Part shown: positions 13,600-25,475 of the stretch, piece by piece
Numbering within the stretch: the stretch's first letter is position 1
Layout of the letters: each line of letters begins with the position of its first letter
Assembly: GCA_964234715.1 (NCBI GenBank)
Contig: OZ174278.1
Strand: one strand, 5' to 3'
Length of the DNA stretch: 64,000 nt
Source of the DNA: Podarcis melisellensis
Lineage: Eukaryota
Translations under genes and position numbers: made by a program
The notes under the pieces: model-generated
What the model was told of the DNA's origin: nothing
Databases searched by the model: none
What the model saw: the letters and a program-made list of their open reading frames with translations, nothing else

Positions 13600-14030
13600 C
13601 AAAAAAGAAACATACCAGAGAGTACTATAATAAAGGAAATTTATTTGTTGTGCTGGTGAAAATAAACCTATATGAATGTTTTAACAACTTTGTTCACTTA
13701 CCTACTTCCTTCTTATCATGTGATGCTTTATACATTGTAATCAAATTCTATTGTTTTGTAGATGGTTTGTGAGTTGCTATCACTGATCTAACTTTTTCAA
13801 GTGTGATCTCTGTTAACTTTACCAACAAAATAACCATAGTGTTTAATTATAGTTTCTGTTTTGCAATCAGTCTTTTCAATATAGGCATTTCTTACAATCC
13901 TACAAGTCCACCAGAGATGTTTAAATCTTGCTTGGTCCTGGCCAACCCTCCAAAGAATTTTTGAGATGTTCCTATTGTAGTACATAAAAGAAAGTACACT
14001 TTTGCAATTGATGTCACACGTGCATACTTT
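13600..14030 (-). mobile_element. L1-clade LINE 3' fragment
   Basis: ORF 13797-13985(-) WRVGQDQARFKHLWWTC is a decayed L1 zinc-knuckle. Boundaries approximate. Confidence 0.65.
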
Positions 14031-14036
14031 ATTTTA

Positions 14037-14258
14037 CAGTGGTACCTTGGTTGTCAAACTTAATCTGTTCAGGGGGTCCAGAGTCGACTCCCAGAATCAT
14101 TCGAGTGCTTCCTGCACTCAATCGGAAGCCACATCAGCCGCATCATACATTTGGCTTCCAAAGAACGTTTGAAAACTAGAACACTTACTTCTGAGTTTTC
14201 GGCATTCCGGAGCCAAAATGTACGTGTACAAAGGCGTTTGACAACCAAGGTATGACTG
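14037..14258. mobile_element. Tc1/mariner-pogo (Tigger-like) MITE
   Basis: TIRs cagtggtaccttggttgtcaaac / gtttgacaaccaaggtatgactg. TA at the left flank. Confidence 0.8.
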
Positions 14259-14259
14259 T

Positions 14260-14370
14260 GTATTTATTTATTTAATATTAAATCTACTACCCTTCATCCA
14301 AGGACCACAGGACTGTTTACAATATAAAAATACAAAATACATAAAGTAATAAACAAAATAATAACCCTTT
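14260..14370 (-). mobile_element. L2 3' tail
   Basis: acccttcatccaaggaccacagg...tttacaata is the reverse complement of the tail family at 29384-29566. Confidence 0.55.
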
Positions 14371-14814
14371 GAGGAACATTCCAAAAAAGGTGGCATACAC
14401 TTCAATTGTGTCTATTTACCAGGGACTGTATTTGTTTTCTCATACTGGCTCTTCATAGAGCAAATCACTCCTAAGTTTGCCTTTTGAAGATACCCAGTTT
14501 AAATTTTGTTAGTGTTGTCGTTGCTTCTGTTCCATCTCATCATTATCTCACAAGTAAAATTAGTAGTTCCTAAAATAGCCTTTTTGGAACATTACACTTA
14601 ATACATGTCTATGTAGTTGTGGCATCTAGCGCTTAAGCAAGTTTGGCACAATAACATTGACTAGCTCTCCTCCATTAAGTCCCATCAATTTTTGTGAAAC
14701 AGTTGAGAATATGCCTGTATCTGTCCTAAAGAAGTAAATTCAGCCTTGTTGCAGATGCCACGTTTTGATAGAACCAACTAGAAAAATTGTTTGTATGCAT
14801 TATATAGGGGAGGG

Positions 14815-14959
14815 CAGTGCTTCCCCCCTAAAACAATGTTTAGGGGTACACTCATTTTCCTGCTCATATTGAAATACTGCCCCTCAATGAGGTCAAACTT
14901 AGATTCACAAGATGTTTAGGGGTATGCATACCCCTGTGTCCCCCCAGAAAAAAGCACTG
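14815..14959. mobile_element. hAT MITE (145 bp)
   Basis: TIRs cagtgctt / aagcactg. Perfect 8-bp TSD ggggaggg (14807-14814, 14960-14967). Confidence 0.9.
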
Positions 14960-17488
14960 GGGGAGGGTCATATCACCTATGTGTTAAATACACTCATTGG
15001 TCTATTTTTGCAACACCATTTTACCTGTATAAAGAATGGACAGACCTTCTTTTGAATGTTCAGGTTTCAAGCTAGTTGAAGTAGAATTTCTTGAAAAGTG
15101 TACTTTAGTCCAGCATTACAATACTAGAGCACATGAGTTGTTGTTTTCTTTTCTTTTTACATTATTCCCAAGGAACAAGATGTCTTAAGTATGTGTCTTT
15201 TTTCTTGGATTGGATACTGTTTTGATGATTTAATAACTGTGTGACCAGAACTTATTAAATATGCAGGTTGGCACATGCTGTGCATTGATGGCTTTTGTGT
15301 AATTTTGTTTTCCAGGGTTAAAGCTGTGAAGTGAAGAAATGATTCCTGCATTTCCTATTTCCCAGGCTTGTACGTATAATACTTCCCTATTCTCATTGTT
15401 TACATAGATCCAGGATAAATGAAAGCTCTTTTAAAGTTTAAGGTGCTTGTTAAGACTGGATAATTCTTTGTCTGCGTCCACAGATGCATTCCATTGGGTG
15501 ATCTTGCCAATGAGGTGTGGGATTAAGAATAAAAACACTGTAGTGAGATAAATGAATATTTCAGCAGTATACACATATGAGTCATGAGAACTTTAGAAAG
15601 GATTAACCACCTAAGGAGCAAATATTAAAATGAGAAATGGTGGTCCTGTTAGCTCTGGAGAAAAGAAAGGGAGTTTGGGGTGCATCTAGATTAATTGTAC
15701 ATTAGGTTTTAGTAACCGATTGCCCAAAGTAGTCTAAGAGCTCCTAATGTGACATACTCTTCTTTTCATGAATTTCTTTAGTGGTGCTCAGTCTTGACTG
15801 AAAATAACAAGCTTAGGTTGTTAGAGAAGATTCATAATCAGGAGCTTGCAAAAAAAGGGAAAAAAAAGAAGAGTAGTATTTTTTGGAATTTCCCCCTAAA
15901 ATAAAATGCACATTTTCAGTTCCAGGGTGATGTTTTCCTACAGAAATGATTCAAGAGTCACCCATTGAATGAACCACTCTTTTAAACTTGGGACCCTAAC
16001 ATGTTCTATCTACTTGTCATGGGCTTCCCATATCCCTCTGATGTGTTTGTAGTGGGGGCACCTGTGTAAGGGAGATAGGGCATTCACCATTTGTTTCCTT
16101 TTCTCTCTCCTGCAATAACCTTCATCTTTCTGCAGGCCAGGGATGCCCATGAGTTCCTCAGTCCTTCCTTTATCAGGAAATCTCCTGCCCCATGCCTTTC
16201 ATCCCAAAGAAAGGTAGAGCTGGCTTCTGTATAGCTATAACAGATGGCCTTACAACTTGCATGTCCTGACAGGAGTTCCTGGGCAGGGGCATCCCAAGTT
16301 CCTGTAGGTCTTTACCTGCTGGACCACATTCACCAGCAGAGTTGTGACCTCTTCTCCTTCATCTTCTCTTAACTGCCCTCTTAGCACTGTCTTAGAGCAT
16401 ACATATGCATGTGGGGCTTGTAAGACCTTGTAAGGGCAATAAATGTGCAAGGTCTGGTATTGTATCGAGTCAAAGAAGCACTGAGTACTTTGATGGCTGG
16501 ATTCTGTGTATTTTATTAAACCCCGGTATCTGTAGTAATAGGTCTCCTAACCCCCTGTGTTCAAATAAGATTAGCGACTAGTTGATCAGAAGTTAGAAGC
16601 ATTACTGCATATATAACTTGAAAATTAAGATAACAATTGGATTGCTTCAGTTATTGTCTCCACCTCACCTTAACAGTGAGGACTCACTCCAACATTTGAG
16701 CTGATAAGCAGTTTTAAACACTTACAATAAACCTGAGAGAAAATAACACTTCAGAATGACAAGCAGTCCAAGTAATGTGATAATAAATACAGTATCCTTT
16801 TCTAGTGCCATATATGTATATATTTTTTCTGTTCACAATAAGGACCTCAAATGACATCCCTCTACATATGGAAAAAGGGCTGGTAAACTTAATCAAAAAA
16901 GATATTGGTTTGTATCCAACCAAAGTTATATTCAGAATAGATCTATGAACCTAATTTAGTCATTTCCATTGATTTCAATGGATCTACTCTAATGTTGATA
17001 TAACCCTTTGTCATGAAAACATTTTGTATATTATTTCTTCCTGGAAGCTTCTTCTTTCTTCTCTTCCTCTTTTCATGTGCCATTGGATGTGTGTGTTCAA
17101 AGCTTTGAGTCTCTGACCAGTCCACAGAATTATATTATATGTTCCCTTTGAAATCTGCTCAGATCCTTCCACCTATTACTTAGATCTTGATCAAAAATGG
17201 TGATTTCTGATCAATTTTTTTTTAATGAGTAAGGCTTATACTTGGACACTGATTGATCTATTTTGGTTTAACTGGTATTTAGATACTAGGGGAATCCCTG
17301 TTATCAAAAGTGAAATGTATGTTACTCTTGTCCTGTGTCCTTAATATTAAGGGGTAGAGAAACTGATCAAGTAAGAATTTTCACCGCAGTTGTAATGGTT
17401 GCAAGAACTCATTTCAAAATATCTAATTGGAGCTATTGAAGAGGCCTCTGGGGTTGGGTGCTATCAACTACAGATACATTTGCTAGTT

Positions 17489-17822
17489 CAGGGTGGTCCA
17501 ACACATTGCCTAAGGGCTGCATGTGGCCCCTTGATGGTGACCTTCTCAAAGCCAGGTAAGCAAAGTGCTGGGCTTTGAGAAGGAGATGTGAGGGTTCTGA
17601 GAGGGTCCTAGAGTTCTCCCTCTTCCTTCCCAGCTTTGGAAAGGAGATGGGAAGACTCTAGGACCCTCCCAGGGCCTTCTTCCCAAAGATTGGCACCTTG
17701 CTTAGCCAGCTTTGGGAAGGCAGTGTGAGGGCTGGTGTGTGTGTCAAATTTTTACCTTGTTCCCCCCTCCTGTGCAACAAGACAGTCAGCGGCCCACAGA
17801 TATGAAAAGTTGGGCTATCCTG
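17489..17822. mobile_element. hAT (Charlie-like) MITE with internal hairpin
   Basis: TIRs cagggtggtccaac / gttgggctatcctg. 8-bp TSD tgctagtt / tgcttgtt. Confidence 0.75.
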
Positions 17823-19124
17823 TGCTTGTTATTTGTGTCTGTCTAATCAGTATCTTTGGATACTTATTATGGTCTGATTTTCCGTCTTTAAAACCAAGAG
17901 AGCTTATGAACTTAATAAAAATTGCCACGTTGAGTCATACCAAAGCTCCAAATATGGGCATATGTCAGAGTATACAACTGGAGGCAAGATAGTATTAAAT
18001 GCTACAAGTTGTTTCATCTTCACACACCCACACACCTTTCTTCAATCTTCATACGATAGAGATTTCTGTGTTTCTGTGGTTTGAATTTCTAACAAAACAT
18101 ACATAAAACATGTTAAATTCTACTAGGCAACAGTTATATAATGCAACCAAGGAGAAATACAAAAGTGTTATATGATTCTTTCATCCCCAATAGCTTAATG
18201 CATAATTAAATCTTCTTCTTTGTTGGCCATAAGGGAACTATTCTTTTAATTACTGCATGTATCTTAGGCCATTAAAGGCATTCACCCAGAAAAAAACCCG
18301 CTTGACGGTTTTCTAAAATTTGATATGCATACTTTCTTAGTGTTCCGCTTCCCTTAGATACGGCACTGTCCAAAGGGAAGCCTTCTGAGGAGCAATTGGA
18401 ACTTTACCCTCTTGGTTTGGCAGACGGCAGTGACTTTTCCAAACTACACATTATAATAGCATCAATAGGCTTCACTGTGAACAAATGTGAAATGGTTGGG
18501 CTTATTTTTGTGCATGAAGAAATTGTAATGAAGGAATAGCACGCAATTCTTGAATTAAAATGTACAAAGGAGAGTTGCTGCTGTTGCAGCCATGTAACGA
18601 ATCACATCTGTATGTAGTGTAACATGATAATTTTAAAATGGCTAAAACAATACATTTTCTGAAGCTCCTAAGATCCTGCAAACTTGATCCACCAGCTACT
18701 AAGAGGAAAAGTTAGATAGTTTTTTTAATAGCTTAGTAGATCACTCATTGGTCTTGAATGCTTTTAGACAAGTTGCTTTTTCCTTTCTTCATTTTACCTT
18801 CCAAAAAGTGAAGAAAGTATAGGTTTGAGAAGAAGCTTAATGCTTGCCGGATTCAGCACATGTGGCCTGATTAAATGCCCAATATAATATGTTAAATCCA
18901 TGTGCAACCTTCATAAGAAGCTAGAAGTTCAACAGGTCTTCATGCTTCAAAACATTTTGAGAAATTCTTCCCATCTTCATTGTCTTTTTTATTTCAAAAC
19001 TACTTTGGCCTTTCCCCTTCCAAAAAAATGCACTTTAGGGATTAAATACTTCAAAATCGTTTTCTAAAGGTGTAACCTAATTTGTTTGAAACCTGAAAGA
19101 AGCTGTAGGGGTGTTAGTTTTGTA

Positions 19125-19371
19125 CAGTGGTACCTCTAGTTGCGGACTTCATCTGTTTTGGGGTGCCGTTCGCACCCTGAAAAGACCGCAACTAGAGTGC
19201 CTCTTCTGCACATGTGCACGGCGCCTTTGGAGCGCTTCTGCATGTGCGCAAAGCACGCAGATCGCTTCTGCGCATGTGCGGGCAGCAAACCCAGAAGTAA
19301 ACACTTCCAGGTTTGCCGTTCATAAGCTGAAAGTCTGTAACAAGAGCAGAACGCAACACGAGGCATGACTG
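19125..19371. mobile_element. Tc1/mariner-pogo MITE
   Basis: TA|cagtggtacctctagttgcg...cgcaacacgaggcatgactg. Three internal cttctg(cg)catgtgc repeats. Confidence 0.8.
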
Positions 19372-20325
19372 TCCCTGGTTAATTTTACTTAGCTGTACAT
19401 GTGAAATGTTTAAGTAGAACTGAGACAAAGTCATTCAATGTTACCTTTTTAACACGACATTGTGCCTCAGCCTTTTTCCTATACCTGTAAAATTTATAAC
19501 CAGAATAATCTGGACAGAATTTATGGTTGAATGAGGAGGACTGTGGAGCATATTTCCTAAGAATAAAGGTCTACTGAGATCAGTAGGGCTTATTCCTATG
19601 TGTGGATAAGTCACATGCACACTTACATGAAAGCAAGTCCCATTGAACGCAATGGGGATTCCTTTTAAGTAGAGTTACAATGTGAGAGATAAAATGAAAT
19701 TCAACACCTACTCGTCCATTCCCTGAATGAAGCATATAGGAGTCCTTGATTGGTGAAGGACAAAAAAGATGGTCAGTCACATACAGTGCTTACCTCCACC
19801 TTCTTGCTAGATTATGAGTTCTAAGGTCAGGGCGCAGGTGTTTCCCAGATCTGTTGATATGCCACTTTGTAATTACAGGATATGACTGGACCTATACATT
19901 TCTCCCCTTCAACCATAATTTTAAACTGTTCCACTCCCAACCTCTTTTGCAAATCAGATTCTGTTTTCTGGCTGGTGCATGTCATTACCAAAGCCTTCCC
20001 TAGCAACCAGATATAGCTAATAATAGCCCCAAGCCCAGCACCAAAAATACTTAAATGTGGCAGAATATCTCTGAATGTGAGGATGTAGCATTATGGTCTC
20101 CCTTAATGCCTCCAGTCTCCTTCAAGTAATTGAATCAAATGAGGCTTATTGTACCGTAAGTAAGACTGGCACTGTGAATTAGGTAAGGTTATTTGAGCCG
20201 TAAGAGAAATTCCTTTTGTTGTTTCCATATTAAAATAAAATGTTAATTGAACTTAAAATACGGGTTTTTTGGATGTGTATTTTTTTATCCTTCATCTGTA
20301 TATATGTATTTGACTTAATTTCCAG

Positions 20326-20495
20326 CTTGTGATCTGCTTGGTGAATGCATCCTCTTAAGAGACATGTATTGCCTTGAAAAGCCACGCTGTTCTTTGATGT
20401 GAGCAGCATAAATTGTTGCTGTTGGACCCTGGAATACAACGCTTTAGGGTTGCAATACTTCAAGAGCATTTAGCTGCTTTTCCCATGGAGCAGAG
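20326..20495 (+). other. Candidate spliced exon (5' UTR-like, ATG near its 3' end)
   Basis: Acceptor tgacttaatttccag| and donor GAG|gtacgt. Stops in all three frames, then cccATGGAGCAGAG at 20485. Unique sequence. No gene recognised. Confidence 0.3.
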
Positions 20496-20719
20496 GTACG
20501 TTCTGTAATTTTATTGTACTGTTTTCTCAATCTGTTATGCACTATACATAATATTCAGTAATGAATAGCCTGCCTTTTCATTGTGAGAGACGTCAAGCCA
20601 TAGAACGTGAAGCTGTAAGAGATGCTCAATTATCATGTCCAGTCTTCTGCTCCAAGGCAGGCACTTCCTTTTTTCCTTTTTTTAACCACACAACAACTCC
20701 TCTATGGTATACCTATTTT

Positions 20720-20917
20720 GGGAAAGGACCATAGCTCAGTGGTTGAGTACATGCTTTGCATGCCAAAATATCCCATGTTCAATCCCTGAGATTTGAAAAT
20801 ACAGCTAGGAAAATCTCCTGATTGAAACTCTAGAGAGCTGCTGGTGGTCATTGTAGACAGTACTAAGCTTCATCAACCAATGGGCAGACTTGGCACCAGG
20901 AGCTTCCTGTGCTCCTA
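20720..20917 (+). mobile_element. tRNA-derived SINE (Squam3-like)
   Basis: A box tagctcagtggttgag, B box gttcaatccc, body gaaactctagagagctgctg...gtagacagtact, tail gcttcctgtgctccta. Confidence 0.75.
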
Positions 20918-22335
20918 CAAGTCTCTATCATTATCCACACTGCGCACACTACCAATAAGAATTAAACTTTGTAGTAACCATGTGATGGGGATCAGGTAGA
21001 ACTACATAGTTCAGTTCTCATAACTCTGGGCTCTGCAGTTACCATTTGCTGGATATGAACCAAGCACCTAAAAAAAATGGTGGCTTCAAAAAGAGATCAT
21101 TTTTTGCCCCCCAACTGACTTCTGAGAGGACTGAGGGCAAAATCCCTTCTGAAATAGCTAGCTGAAATATTTATAAAAGACGTGTTAGTAACAACAAGGA
21201 ATTGGAAATGCACAGATATTCCCCTTTCTCCTTATCCCTTATATTAGAACTTGGGGATATTCAATGACATTGCACAGAAACACACTGAGCCAGTTCGCAC
21301 ATCCCACTGGGGCAAATGATGGCTTAGTAAGACTGGGTGTTCTCAAGAGAGCAGATTGCTCCTCCTGTACTCCTCCTCATGACCTTCTGCTGCTGAACTT
21401 GACTCAGCATGTAACCTTGGTTACACCTTGTGGTTTGTCTGGAGCGAGATAAGCCACAATCCTGGGTTTGGACTACCCACTCAGCCCACACCATGCCTTA
21501 CCTTACTGCAGCTCAGGATCAGGACCAGAGGAGGACCTTGATATTCTCTCCCGGAACTCTTATGCTTACGTGTTTGTGTTATGCCATTGTTTGGTTTAGC
21601 ATTCCATGCAAGGTCCCTGCTGCTTTGCTGAGCAGCCATCATCTGGGCAGTGGAGAAAAGATTGTTGTCCCTGTTTCCATCTTTCCACTACTGCAGAGCT
21701 GATATAGCTCATGAGATGGGAACTGCAGACAAGCTTCCTGAGGCTTGGCGGGCTGCATAGAGTGGTCGACGGCTGCATGTGACCCACCTGCTCTCCAAAA
21801 CCATATTGGGAAGAACTTGTCTGGATCTGAACCACTGTTTCCTTATTGACCAGGCAAGGAGATGACAGATTTTTGTCATGTTGACATGATTAAAGCAAAT
21901 GAAAGAAGAGGAGCTATGCGCCTTAATTTCCAGGGGTAGATCTTAATTATAACACATTTTTCTAGTTATTGATCAAAGCGTTTCCTTCCACATCTGGTAT
22001 CACCCTTCCATTGCTGGCCAGTTCCTTTTATATTTAGAGGAAGGAGGGGAGTAGCAGCCGTGTTTTATGTGGTTGAGCTTCCTTCCTAACATGTGCCAAG
22101 GATAGGACTGCATCCTGAAACATGGGATTTCCTTTCTCTGATCATTGATCTTATAGCAAGCTGTTCCAATGTGTCAGAAAACATTTAATGCTTTCTGCTA
22201 CTTTCTTCTCAGCAACACAGATGAAATCTTTTCCAAGTCACATGTGACATGCTTACTACATGGTGATATTGTTAATCTCCATATAGGTATCTAAAACAAG
22301 AGAAGCTGCTCTATTTGTCATTTATGATCTATTTG

Positions 22336-22412
22336 AGATTCCTGCATGACAGGGGGTGGACTAGATGACCCCCCTGGATCCCTTCCAGCTCTGCAGTTCT
22401 CTGACTCTGTGA
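22336..22412 (+). mobile_element. CR1-type 3' tail (CR1 or Squam2 SINE)
   Basis: gattcctgcatgacagggggtggactagatgacc...cccttccagctct...ttctctgactctgtga. Confidence 0.6.
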
Positions 22413-22548
22413 TCAGTATAGTGATTCACAGTTGGGATTAGAGGTATAATTTACATTAAGTCTAAAGCTAAGAATGAAAAGTAAGCTGTATTTTTTTTTA
22501 GCATATCTCCCCCATATGCTCTTAATTTCTTTAGTTTAGCGATATTCA

Positions 22549-22620
22549 ACATCTGTTAGCATTAAATAGTGTAATATTTATTACTGAATTACGATTAAGT
22601 TGGCTTGTTTATGAAGCTAT
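22549..22620 (+). repeat. 72-bp unique sequence duplicated exactly at 23183-23254
   Basis: acatctgttagc...tttatgaagctat is identical at both positions (compared base by base). Confidence 0.95.
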
Positions 22621-23070
22621 TTGGCTGTTCTGATATGGACACCATTCGAACATCTAAACAAAAGAAAGTGATTCTGCCTGTATTCTAATTTAAGCCATAG
22701 TTAGCTCTTGTTAAGAGAAATTTTATAAGATTTGATCTGTTAAACCACAAGATGAGCTCTCTATCAGTTCTTCCTAGCTATAACTCTTTGTGCTTTCTGT
22801 GCCCCCCAAAGGTGCTCCTGGGGGGTTGAGAAGCCCTTTGGAATGGCATGAGAAGAGATGGGGGGAGGGTTGTAACAGGGATCAAGGTGTGTAATTCAGT
22901 ACAATTGTGAACTCTCTTTGCATAAGCAGAAGTACCTTCAGTTCATACAAACGTCCCTTTGGATCTAACCCATCCTCTGTTCAAGGAGAAAATACAGGTG
23001 CTTCCCTTTTGCCAGATAAGGGGTATATTTTTTGGTTCTTTCTTCCTATCTATTTCCTCTGTGCTCATAT

Positions 23071-23177
23071 GTTGTTTAGTCGTTTAGTCGTGTCCGACTC
23101 TTCGTGACCCCATGGACCAGAGAACGCCAGGCACCTCTGTCCTCCACTGCCTCCCGCAGTTTGGTCAAACTCATGCT
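23071..23177 (-). mobile_element. 5'-truncated RTE-BovB LINE 3' end
   Basis: gttgtttagtcgtttagtcgtgtccgactcttcgtgaccccatggac...gcagtttggtcaaactcatg is the reverse complement of a BovB 3' terminus. Candidate 14-bp TSD ctctgtgctcatat / ctctgggctcatat. Confidence 0.85.
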
Positions 23178-23689
23178 CATATACATCTGTTAGCATTAAA
23201 TAGTGTAATATTTATTACTGAATTACGATTAAGTTGGCTTGTTTATGAAGCTATCAAACTCTGGGCTCATATACAGGTATCCAAAGAGAGCCAAAGCTGA
23301 TGCACCACATTTTAAATGGCAGCTTGGGACTCCCTTGCATGTTTTCCTTGTGATAATTGAGAAGGTGGCAAATTATTTTTATCGTGGAGGCTATTGTTAA
23401 TGTAACAACCCATTTTATTGCATCTCAGTAAGCGTGTTATTGCCTTGATGGTAATAATAGTGTGGCGACTGAGACATCTATCAGCATTTCAAGATCTGTT
23501 TATTTAAAACATCACAACACCTTTTATCATGCCTGGATTTAGGAGTGTTGTGTGTTGTGTAGTTGCCCTTTCGAGATGCATGTGCATATTCAAGCCCTGT
23601 TCCCTCTTTGGGAATTTAGGCTGCAAGGCACACTTGGTAATAAGTTTCAGTGTGGCACTTGCTTCTAATTAAACATGTGCAACAACCAT

Positions 23690-23885
23690 TTTTATTACAT
23701 CAATATCCCACCTTTCTTCCAAGGATTCTTCCCACTTCCCAATTTCACCCTTGCAACAAGCCTGTGGTGTAGATTGGGCTGATAGCTAGTGACTGTTCCA
23801 ATGTACCAATCCACTGAGCTTAGTGTGTGAGTGAGGTTTGAATAAGGATCTTCCTAGTCAGACAGCTGAGCAACAACACTTAACT
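23690..23885 (-). mobile_element. Old MIR/CORE-like SINE
   Basis: atcccacctttcttccaagg...cccttgcaacaagcctgtgg..tagattgggctga...gaggtttgaa has the layout of squamate CORE SINEs. Confidence 0.5.
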
Positions 23886-24530
23886 GGGATGTTTCATCAA
23901 GAGGCTACTTATCACTCTGAAAAATTCTTAGTAGGCCAAGCAGTGGAACCTAAGGGACAGATCAGTGTTGTTAGAGGTGAGAATTCCTGAGCTGGACATA
24001 CTTGTTTCCTTAACAGGGGTCTGGGAGTCTGTATTTTCTTATGAGCTGCTGTCTTACAGATGTGAATTTCTATCTACGTGGATGGAATTAATTGGTCTTT
24101 GCTGTGGAACTCTTTGCTTACTGACAACACATTTTTCTTAGGGGCAGTAAATTTTAACAACCCGCTGCATGCCCTTCCAGAGGCGTTGCAAGACTTCCTT
24201 GTTGGGCTGGGTTTTAATAGCTGAGGTTAAGCAGGTTAGGATAATATTCTGGGTTAGATCCAGAGTAAAACACAGCTGAATGCTTCTTCATTTTTGTTGC
24301 ACTTAGTTCCCATTGAAAGCAACAGGACTTTAACCTATGACGATTTCCCCCACATTGATGTCATGGGTACATACGTATGATGATTACTGTACCTTGGTCA
24401 GTTTTTTATATATCAATCAAATTGTGCTGTGGGAAAAGGTAGGATAGACACGGAAATAAATAACCAAATTAATACTGTGGGAAGAACGGTGTGTGCCAGC
24501 TTGAGCTCTATGGAGGAAAGGTGGGGTATA

Positions 24531-24930
24531 CTATATTTACTCAATTCTAATGCACACTTTTTTTGCCAAATCACACTGTGAAAAATAGGGTGCGTCTTAT
24601 ATTTGATGGCGCATTAGACTCGAGTAATTACGGTAAAACTTAAGCTTAAACTGAGTGCATCTTTCCTTTCTTCAAAACTCTGCCACCACCAGAGTTTTGT
24701 GGCAGCTCAGGTGTTTGCTTCGTGGTTTTTTGTGCCAGGAAAAGCCTCTTATTTTTATTTTTTTGCTTGCGGGGGAAGCCATGAAGAAGCTACTAATAAA
24801 ATTTTATTCTTGTAAAGAATTTTGCTGATGCACATTGCATTCACCAGCAGATTTTTTTTGTTTGTTTCAAGGTTTTGAAAATTGAGTTGTGCATTAGATC
24901 CGACGGCACATTAGACTCTAGTAAATACGG
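24531..24930. mobile_element. Tc1/mariner-pogo MITE with duplicated right end, inserted in an L2-like tail
   Basis: TA|ctatatttactcaattctaatgc, then gcattagactcgagtaattacgg|TA (ends 24633) and cattagactctagtaaatacgg|TA (ends 24930). The flanks join as ggaggaaaggtggggtata...aataaaaaattaaataaa. Confidence 0.75.
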
Positions 24931-25475
24931 TAAATAAAAAATTAAATAAAAAATTTGTGCTTCAGGACTAAGAGCAGGGCAGAAGCTGCATTCCAATTCA
25001 AATTCTTCTTTTGCCCATATCCACAATATGGATGCTTGTACAGCAGAAGATGTAATGTCATCCTCCCTTGGAGACAGGTTTAGCAGTTTACATATGTGCT
25101 TGGAGTCATAGCTAAAGCATTATCTATGACTGTGTTCAGATATACATAAACTGACTCTATCATGTAAATGTGAGTAAATGGAGGGTGGGGAAGGAGCAGT
25201 ATATTGGTCTTATTATGAACCCACTTCCTACAGATATGTAATTTATTCTTGACATGGATACTATATAGGACAGCAGAAGACCGTGTCCATAGTGCTCCTT
25301 TCCAACCTTGGAATTTACTCTCCCAAGAAGCCCTGTGAATCAAGCCTCCCTCTGACCCACTTCCTATGCAATGTTAAACCACAGTTTAAATTAAACTATG
25401 GTTGAATGCATACAAAGTGCTTTGCTCCTCTCCTGCCCTTAACTGTGTTCCATGGAAAGGAAAGGCTTGTCATAG

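Noticed and set aside
20720-20790. tRNA-like A/B boxes (also at 46454, 55732 and 57558)
   Set aside because: They are heads of tRNA-derived SINEs followed by SINE bodies, with no intact cloverleaf.
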